Source: Pseudomonadales bacterium (GTDB lineage: Bacteria > Pseudomonadota > Gammaproteobacteria > Pseudomonadales > JBECKS01). Taken from it: a stretch of DNA of 64,000 bases. This document shows, piece after piece, positions 11,101 to 18,100 of this stretch. The notes beneath the pieces were generated by a model. It made no database searches, was not told the DNA's origin, and worked only from the letters and a program-made list of their open reading frames with translations. The first letter of the stretch is position 1. Each line of letters opens with the position of its first letter. The position numbers were made by a program, and so were the translations under genes. The DNA is taken from positions 2,926,917 to 2,990,916 of the forward strand of contig OZ245031.1 in the NCBI GenBank assembly GCA_965223975.1, in the 5' to 3' direction.

Positions 11101-11619
11101 GCCTCGGCGAGTAAATTCTCCGCGCTCAAATACGCTCTCGCTGTGTCGATAACCGTTGTTACTTAGTTCTCGGCTAAAGTCTTCAATATTAATTCTTTGC
11201 TTGGTTTTTAAACTAAAGCTTTGAGACTGAATAAAACCCTTGGGTGCAATTCGATGCATTAAGGTGCTTACAGAGCAAATCAGCAAGCGTTTGCTGTTAG
11301 GAGCTTGTGAGCAAAGCTGGGAGAGGGTCTCAAGCCGTTGCGAAATAATGTCCTGGTGGGGGGAGAACTGGTCGTAGGGCAGTGTTTCCCAATCTGGAAA
11401 ATTTAATATCTGTACATCTTTGCCTAAGTAATATTTTAGGTTTGTTTCTGCTTCTAAGGCCTGTGCATTAGATTGGCATACCAAAAGGTGAGTGCCGGAA
11501 TGCTTGCTGATAGCTTCAGCTACAGCAAAGTACTGGCTGCCTTCAATCAGGCCGTTCCAGTTTCTTTTGTCGTCTTGGCTTTGTGGTAGGTATTTAAGCA
11601 GATCTGGAAAATTGTTCAT
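8134..11619 (-). CDS. mfd: Transcription-repair coupling factor
   Basis: 1161 aa with superfamily-2 helicase motifs (GDVGFGKTEVA, DEEHRFG, LTATPIPRT, QLRGRVGR). Length and architecture are typical of Mfd. Confidence 0.97.
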   Translation of the reverse strand: MNNFPDLLKYLPQSQDDKRNWNGLIEGSQYFAVAEAISKHSGTHLLVCQSNAQALEAETNLKYYLGKDVQILNFPDWETLPYDQFSPHQDIISQRLETLSQLCSQAPNSKRLLICSVSTLMHRIAPKGFIQSQSFSLKTKQRINIEDFSRELSNNGYRHSESVFERGEFTRRGSIFDLFPMGSELPIRIELFDDEIETLRFFDPETQRTIESLSEFKILPAKEFPCDEEALLNFKQAWQENFDVDYRQCPIYQDIKDQIIPSGIEYYLDLFFEETASLFDYLPSDSIVFFDQNNHESSEHFWNDLQERYESLRWDVTRPLLSPNKVFLDNQLFASQLKRFARISLNPASSSDNAAKGEHLFSVQALPDIKADYKEAIQLQALKEFIDQKRENSKVLICAQTAGRREQMLELLKKAELNIPAIDSIQNFLKQETPNLNICIADLSQGFHLEQEKLIVLTEYEIYGQSYQQSTRKSKNDNQNADLIIKNLSELAMDAPVVHIDHGVGRYRGLETLDLDGQKMEFLNLEYANGSKLYVPVSSLHLISRYSGGADESAPLHSLGSDQWQKAKKKAAEKIHDVAAELLDIYARRASVHGFSHKLQDDDYKLFSAAFPFEETEDQTNAIDACIADLKSENPMDRLVCGDVGFGKTEVAMRAAFTALQNNKQVAVLVPTTLLAEQHGETFNDRFADWPVRVESLSRFKSAKESKSIVADIKSGKVDIVVGTHKILQKDIEFKDLGLIIIDEEHRFGVKHKEQLKSIRSNVDILTLTATPIPRTLNMAMSGIRDISIIATPPAKRLSIKTFVHTSSNAIIKEAIHRELLRGGQVFYLHNEVSTIEQTAKELQELIPEARISIGHGQMREKQLEQVMSDFYHKQSNILVCTTIIETGIDIPSANTIIMDRADKLGLAQLHQLRGRVGRSHHQAYAYLLTPHQKAMSKDAIKRLDAIQDATDLGAGFTLASHDLEIRGAGELLGDEQSGNMHAIGFTLYMELLEEAVQSIKSGNTPDFDKPLKHGLEINLSLPALIPEDYLPDVHLRLLLYKRISSAESDKDLSEIQVEMIDRFGMLPEQVKLLFRVTKLKLKAEPLGIEKIDVGAKSGKIRFSAKPKVDPLSIVKLVQQEPQRYKMDGADSLQFTFDMERYDDRIETLKQLLNRLIESSQ

Positions 11620-11661
11620 CGTGTATCAAATTATTAAAGCTGTGTTGCAAAAATGATGAAC

Positions 11662-11691
11662 AAAAAAAAGGCATCGAATTTCTTCGATGCC
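11662..11691 (-). terminator. Rho-independent terminator after the acyl-CoA dehydrogenase pair
   Basis: Perfect 9-bp stem GGCATCGAA/TTCGATGCC (11670-11678 and 11683-11691) with a 4-nt loop. On the minus strand it is followed by a run of 8 T (complement of 11662-11669). Confidence 0.8.
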
Positions 11692-11716
11692 CTTTAGAAC
11701 GAAAGTGCTAAACTGA

Positions 11717-12850
11717 TTAGTCAGCGTAGTTAATAAATTCGTTGAGGTGGTAGTCATCGTTACCAAAGAGGGTGTTGATTACGGTCAAACGCTTAAAGTA
11801 GTGTCCAACGCGCAGTTCTTCAGTTACACCCATGCCGCCGTGCAATTGTACCGCATTTTGGCCAACAAATTTACCAGCTGATCCGATCATTACTTTTAAG
11901 CCATGAATGGTTTTGCGGGCATTTTGATTCCCATCGGCCATTTCTTGGGTGGCTTTCATCAGTAAAGAGCGACTTTGCTCGGTTTCAATAAACATATCGA
12001 CCATGCGATGCTTCAATACTTGGAAATCAGACAGTGGTTGGTCAAATTGAACACGTTGCTTAGTGTATTCAACCGTGTCTTTGTAAAGTAGCTCCATCGC
12101 ACCTACCGCTTCAGAACATACCGCCACGATCGCTTCATCAAGTACTGACTTGAGGATGCTCAAGCCTTGGCCTTCTTTACCAAGTAGAGCGCTGCTAGCC
12201 ACTTTTACGTTGTCTAGCTTGATCTCTGACGCGCGATATCCGTCGACAGTAGGGTAATCGTCGCGACTTAGTCCCTCAGCATCACCAGGAACGATAAAGG
12301 CAGAAAGGCCTTCGGCGTCATTGCTATCACCTGAAGTACGGGCGATGACCACGATAAAGTCTGCAACACTGCCGTTATAAACCATCGATTTAGTGCCGTT
12401 GATAACGTAGTTGTCGCCATCTTTGCTAGCAGAGGTTTCTACAAAGCTAAGGTTGTATCGAGCTGCTTTTTCAACAAAGGCGAAACTTGCGAAGCTGTTA
12501 CCTTCGATAATGTCGCCGATGTACTGAGCTTTTTGTTCAGCGTTGCCAGCTACTCGAAGGGCTGTTCCAGCCATCACTACGGTTGCAAGATAGGGCTCAA
12601 GTACTAAGCCCTTACCAAACTCTTCCATAATGATTGAGGTTTCAACTGCTGTGCCGTCGATGCCGCCATCTTCTTCTGCAAAGGGAAGGGCTAACCAGCC
12701 GAGTTCGGCAAATAGTTTCCAATGATCTTTGCTGAAGCCATCGCCTTCGCCTGCTTGTTTAAGGCGGGGCTCAAGTTCATAGTTGTCTTCAACAAATTTG
12801 CGAATGCTTTCGCGCAATAAATTTTGTTCTTCGTTAAATGTAAATTCCAC
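11717..12850 (-). CDS. Acyl-CoA dehydrogenase family protein (second of a tandem pair)
   Basis: 377 aa with the ACAD three-domain layout. The C-terminal segment reads TLFGNDDYHL where MCAD-type enzymes have IYEGT. Confidence 0.8.
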   Translation of the reverse strand: MEFTFNEEQNLLRESIRKFVEDNYELEPRLKQAGEGDGFSKDHWKLFAELGWLALPFAEEDGGIDGTAVETSIIMEEFGKGLVLEPYLATVVMAGTALRVAGNAEQKAQYIGDIIEGNSFASFAFVEKAARYNLSFVETSASKDGDNYVINGTKSMVYNGSVADFIVVIARTSGDSNDAEGLSAFIVPGDAEGLSRDDYPTVDGYRASEIKLDNVKVASSALLGKEGQGLSILKSVLDEAIVAVCSEAVGAMELLYKDTVEYTKQRVQFDQPLSDFQVLKHRMVDMFIETEQSRSLLMKATQEMADGNQNARKTIHGLKVMIGSAGKFVGQNAVQLHGGMGVTEELRVGHYFKRLTVINTLFGNDDYHLNEFINYAD

Positions 12851-12861
12851 GATGCTTCTCC

Positions 12862-14010
12862 CTACAATCCTAGTACACGTTTAGCGATAACATCGCGCTG
12901 AACTTCGCTAGCACCACCATAAATAGTCGATGCACGGCCATCGAGGTATTTGTTCATCGCGCCTTTACCAAATTTAAGGCCGACTGGGTTGCCCCAAGGG
13001 GAACCATAATAGCCAGCAGAATCCATTGTGATTTCTGCGATAGCTTGTTGGGCTTGGGTACCTTTGAGTTTCAAAATAGAAGATTCTGGCCCTGGTGCTT
13101 TGCCTTCAGATACGGTGATCATTGTGCGAAGCTCTAAGAATTCAAGTGACTGAAGTTGGATCTCAAGTCGTGCAAGTTTAGCTTGATAAGCTTTGTTTTC
13201 TGCAAGGGTGCCAGTGCCGTCTGGAACTTTATGCGCATTCGCTTTCATCTCTTGCAGAGTGATGGCTGATTTAGTGATGCCCGCTAGGCCAGTACGTTCG
13301 TGCTGAAGTAAGCCTTTTGCGTAGGTCCAGCCTTTGCCTTCTTCGCCAATACGATTCTCTATAGGTACTTTTACGTCAGTAAAGTGAACGGTGTTGACGT
13401 GGTGGTTACCGCCCAGCGTAATAATAGGTTTAACTTCTATGCCTGGATCAGACATATCGATCAATAGGAAGGTAATACCATCCTGCTTTTTACCGCTGTT
13501 GTCGGTTCGAGTTAGACAGAAGCACCAGTTGGCCACGTGAGCCATGGTGGTCCAAATTTTCGAACCATTAACCACGTAGTGTTTACCATCTTCTGTTAAT
13601 TCGGCTTTGGTTTTCAGACCAGCAAGGTCTGAACCTGCGCCTGGTTCAGAATAGCCTTGGCACCAGAAAATGCTTTGGTCAACGATGCTGGGAAGGTGCT
13701 GTTTCTTTTGCTCTTCATTACCGTAGGTATAAATAATTGGCCCGACCATGCTCACGCCAAAAGGCGGTAATCCAGGTGCGTTTGCTAACGAGGTTTCCTT
13801 TTGCCAAATGTAGTGCTGAATGGTAGACCAGCCTGTACCGCCATGTTCTTTTGGCCATTTAGGTACGGTCCAACCTTTGGCTACTAATGCTTGTACCCAG
13901 GCAACGTAACGTCCCATAGGGTCGCCAGAATAATCTGTATAATTGTCTTTGATGAAATCGTGAACTTCCTTTTGAAAGGCTTGTTCTTCTTCATTTAATT
14001 GAATATCCAT
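12862..14010 (-). CDS. Acyl-CoA dehydrogenase family protein (first of a tandem pair)
   Basis: 382 aa. It has WCQGYSEPGAGSDLA (the ACAD FAD/substrate loop), IYGGASEVQRDVIA near the C-terminus, and LLQHERTGLAG, which resembles the isovaleryl-CoA-dehydrogenase-type catalytic Glu helix. Confidence 0.85.
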   Translation of the reverse strand: MDIQLNEEEQAFQKEVHDFIKDNYTDYSGDPMGRYVAWVQALVAKGWTVPKWPKEHGGTGWSTIQHYIWQKETSLANAPGLPPFGVSMVGPIIYTYGNEEQKKQHLPSIVDQSIFWCQGYSEPGAGSDLAGLKTKAELTEDGKHYVVNGSKIWTTMAHVANWCFCLTRTDNSGKKQDGITFLLIDMSDPGIEVKPIITLGGNHHVNTVHFTDVKVPIENRIGEEGKGWTYAKGLLQHERTGLAGITKSAITLQEMKANAHKVPDGTGTLAENKAYQAKLARLEIQLQSLEFLELRTMITVSEGKAPGPESSILKLKGTQAQQAIAEITMDSAGYYGSPWGNPVGLKFGKGAMNKYLDGRASTIYGGASEVQRDVIAKRVLGL

Positions 14011-14155
14011 AAAAATGTCCTCGTTTTAGCAACGAAATTAGCGAAATTGCTTGGCTAGAGGTGCTTGTGGCACGGGCCTGGGTTTTGGAAGCGTGGCGAG
14101 GTTGGTGCACAGCTGCCCTTTGCTGGACTGATAATAGGTAAGTCAGTCGACAAAT

Positions 14156-14171
14156 TCAAACATTCGTTTGA
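14156..14171. promoter_or_regulatory. Candidate PsrA-type (TetR family) operator upstream of the ACAD pair
   Basis: TCAAAC-ATTC-GTTTGA is a perfect inverted repeat. It matches the published PsrA consensus (C/G)AAAC-N2-4-GTTT(G/C) and lies about 150 bp upstream of the ACAD start at 14010. Confidence 0.4.
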
Positions 14172-14402
14172 GACAAGATCATAGGTCTGTAGCCTAGCCT
14201 TGGGAATGGCTAAGATGGACAAATTACCTGTGTTTTTTAACAGTTTAGTGGCAGTTTTGGTCCTTTACTAAGCTCGGCGGGAAAAGATAAAGCTTACGAG
14301 ATCTCTAATTCTGAAAAAGCGTCTTTTCTTGAAATATTCATCGAAATCTTGAGCTTTAGGCATTGGAAAATAGTTATCTTTTTCGCTTTTATTAAGTTGA
14401 AC

Positions 14403-15134
14403 TTATTTCGGTTCTTTGTTTGCTTGGAGGGTACGGATAACGCGAATTAAAAGCCTAGAGCCAATGACTGCGCTGTACCGTAATACGGTGTCCTGAGTCG
14501 CTTTTGCTTGAATCAAAAAGGATTTTCTCGCTAATAGTTCGCCTGTATCGATGCCTTCATCAATCCAGTGAACAGAAACACCACCTTGGTCGGAGCCGTT
14601 TTTCAAAACCCAAAAATAAGCCATAGCGCCTTTGTAGCTTGGTAACCACCCCGGGTGGATATTGAGGACTCCTCTTCTGGGTATTTTGATTATGTTCGCT
14701 TTTAGGATTTGGGAGAAATAAGCTGAGACTAATAAGTCCGGATGGATTTCTTTTAAAAAGCTTTCGCAATCTGGGTCGTTGATATTACGACAGTGGAAAA
14801 CGGGAATATCATGATCAATAGCTATTTTCCATGCTGGTTTTAAACGTTTTCTTAAAAACGGTAGAGCCAAAGTGATGCCGTAAGCTAAGCCTTGAATGAT
14901 TCGTTGCCACAATAAAAGCCAGGCAAATTTCCATCCGATATTTGTAAAATGTTTTTGGATTTTACTGCGCTCAGAAATTGATAATTTGATCGCCTCGGCC
15001 TTAACCACTCCAACGACATTTATTTCGCGAGCGTTGATCAGTTTATTCATGACGATAGCGCTGCCCAAGTGGCCGGAGCTGTACAGTACGACGATGTTTA
15101 GTGGCCTCTGGTTACCAGAAGTTTTCGCAGTCAT
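14403..15134 (-). CDS. Formyltransferase-domain protein (Fmt/PurN N-terminal-domain-like)
   Basis: 243 aa with a formyltransferase catalytic signature (VLNIHPGWLPSYKG, then HWIDEGIDTGELL). There is an unusual hydrophobic insert (FAWLLLWQRIIQGLAYGITLALPFL) and no C-terminal tRNA-binding domain. Confidence 0.65.
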   Translation of the reverse strand: MTAKTSGNQRPLNIVVLYSSGHLGSAIVMNKLINAREINVVGVVKAEAIKLSISERSKIQKHFTNIGWKFAWLLLWQRIIQGLAYGITLALPFLRKRLKPAWKIAIDHDIPVFHCRNINDPDCESFLKEIHPDLLVSAYFSQILKANIIKIPRRGVLNIHPGWLPSYKGAMAYFWVLKNGSDQGGVSVHWIDEGIDTGELLARKSFLIQAKATQDTVLRYSAVIGSRLLIRVIRTLQANKEPK

Positions 15135-15148
15135 GATAAATGCTGAAT

Positions 15149-15177
15149 AAAAAAAAGCCGGCTAAGGCCGGCTTTTT
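15149..15177 (-). terminator. Rho-independent terminator (symmetric) directly after the large carboxylase gene
   Basis: GCCGGC-TAAG-GCCGGC stem-loop (15157-15172) flanked by an A-run (15149-15156) and a T-run (15173-15177). On the minus strand the hairpin is followed by 8 U. Confidence 0.75.
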
Positions 15178-15184
15178 GGGAGGT

Positions 15185-18100
15185 TTAAACAGGTCTTACA
15201 ACAAATAGCAGGTCACCAGCACTTACCTGAGTGCCGCTTTCGTTGTTCACTCGCTCCACCTTGTATTTAGCTGCTGGGTAGAGTTTGTTTTTGCCTTTGT
15301 TAAAAGAACCTAGTTTAAGTGGGGTGAAGATCTTCATTGCTTCCATCAAACAAATGGTTTGGTCTAGGCTAATGATGTCGCCTTCATTAACAAAGTTGGG
15401 TTCTGCTGGTGAAGAGCTTGCATAGAAAATACCCGTCGAAGGCGAAAGGACTTTAAGTTCGTCACTGTCCTCGATTTTGACTGAATCTGTGTTCACTCCG
15501 TCGCCATCGAGGCCAGCAAATTTTTCTGTCTCAGCAATGATCGCGTCATGATCCATGCGAGCCAATAACTTAGGTAAGTAAGTGGTGTCGTAATCACCTT
15601 TGCGGAAAACATCATCTTTAAGAATGTGGACCAATAAAGGGATGTTGGTGCAAATGCCATGGATGACGCATTCTTCTAAATAAGCGATTAGCTTTTCTGC
15701 ACAATCTTCACGATCTTTTCCGTAGCAAATAATCTGTGCTATCAAGCTGTCATAGAAAGGTGATACGTCTTTGCCTGTCGCTGCCATTGAAATAATTTCA
15801 ACATAGTCTTTTTCTGGTAGTACGCACTCTTTGATATGACCAGGGAAAGGGAGAATGTCCATTTCACCTTTGCTATCTACCTCTAGCTTTTCTGCAGTTA
15901 CCCTAACTTCGATGGCAAAACCTTCTTCTTTAGGTGCTATGTCTTCGATAGAGCCACCGGAGGCAATCTTGAATTGTGCGCTCACAATATCAACGCCTGA
16001 AGTCGCTTCGGTAACGGGGTGCTCAACTTGAAGACGAGTGTTCATCTCCATAAAGTAAAGTGCGTTGGCATCTAAGTTATAAATAAACTCAACAGTACCC
16101 GCGCCTAAGTATTCTACTTTGTCGGCTAGGGCGGCGGCGTATTTAAACGCATTTTGTTTGAGTTCGTCTGGCAACATGGTTGAGCCAGATTCTTCGATCA
16201 CTTTTTGGTTGTTACGCTGAACACTACAGTCTCGAATACCCAATACTTTGGTGTTACCAAACTTGTCACGAATCAATTGAACTTCGATGTGACGTAGAGA
16301 GGTCACATATTTTTCCATGTAGATATCGCCGTTACCAAAAGCGGCTCTGGCCTCGGTAGAAATACGGTGGAATAGTTCGTGAATCTCGCTAGGGCTTTCA
16401 ACGACCTGAATGCCTTTGCCACCACCACCGTGTACCGCTTTAAGCAAAACAGGGTAACCAATCTCTTCAGCAACGGCAGCTGCTTTATCTGAGCTAGATA
16501 AGATACCGTGACTACCAGGTACTACCGGAACATCGAGCGCTAGGGCAGTGTTAATTGCGTTGGATTTGTTACCCATCATCTCCATGCTATAAACGGATGG
16601 GCCAATGAAGTTCACTTGATGGTTATGACATAAGCCTGCGAATTGAGCGTTCTCTGATAAAAAGCCAATACCTGGGTGTAGTGAATCAACTTTCTCGTGC
16701 TCAGCCACTTTAAGCACCGAGTGAGGGTTTAGATAACTCTCATCCGAAGTGTTACCACCGATACAAATTAGGGTATCTTGTTCGCGCATCATTTCTGCTG
16801 GAACACTCTTCATGTCTGGGTCGGACTGAATAAGCACCACATCGATATCGTTTTCTTGAGCTTTGCGAATCAATTTAACTGCTGTACAGCCACGAGCATG
16901 AATCAAAGTCTTCTTAACTGGCTTCATAAGCTCGATTTTGTCTTGCTCTTTGTCGTCAGATTTAATGGCGCACTGTTGATAAGAACCTGCCATGACTTGG
17001 TCAAAGATTTCTTCAACCGTATCGACTGGTACCGGAATGTTTGGATCAACGGACCTTAATTGTTGATCAAGATCCGATACAAATGGATGTTTTACTAAGC
17101 CTTGCATCGAGCCTTCTTTAACAGATAGGTAATTAGACAAGGTGGCGGTGGTGGGTAGGTAAGCAGGAACCACTACTTGACCCGCAAATGGCATGTTGGT
17201 GCCAGAGAAGTAGTAAGTTTGTGCAAGAGGGTGGGTTACAAAACTTGCTTGAGCTCCACCAGTACAGTCACCATAACCAAAGATTAGAATAGGCAGATCG
17301 TTGTCGCGTACAAAGCGAGTAATCCGATCGTTTACAACCGCCATTGAGAATAGTGCTCCAGCACCTTCTTTAGTTTGCATGCCGCCAGATGATACGAAAC
17401 ATACGATGGGTAGGTTTTCTTTCGCGCAAGCTACCATGAGCTCGCAGAACTTCTCCGCGCTGGCCATATCAAAGGCGCCCGCTTGGAAGTCCACGTTAGA
17501 GACAAGGATACCTAGCTTTCGATTTTGATCATCGGATTTAAAGCTACCGAACCCGGTAACAACACCGCAAGGTACTTTGCCTTGGTCCAAAGCTTCTTCT
17601 ACCGAGATTCTAAAGCCTGGAAACTTAACTGGGTCAGAGGTGAGTAGGTTGGCACCGGTTTCTTCGAAGTTATTGATAAAGCGATCAATAATAGCTTTAG
17701 TTGAAGTCAGCTTTTGACGCTTAACATTGTTCAGAACGTTGTTGATCAAAAGGTCATGGTAGGCCATGTTTAACCGGTTCCAGAAGTCTTTTCTGCGACC
17801 GATACGAACTGGGTTAATAACTCCTTTGTAGTCTTTGCCTTTTAGTTCGGATTGATAGTATTCGTGTAACACTTTCTCAAAGAAGAAGGTGATGATTACA
17901 AATAAGCTATCAGACATTTGGGAGTGAAGGATGCTATGCCATTCTTCGACGGTAGCTAGGAAACTGCCGCGGTCTTGATGTTGTACAAAGTATTTGATCC
18001 AGCCGCTAAATTGCTCATTGAGCATACGAGTCTGTTCTTTGGTGCTCATGTGGCTTTGAATTAGATCCAGTTCGCTCGCGGTTTTCGCAGCCTTTTCCAA

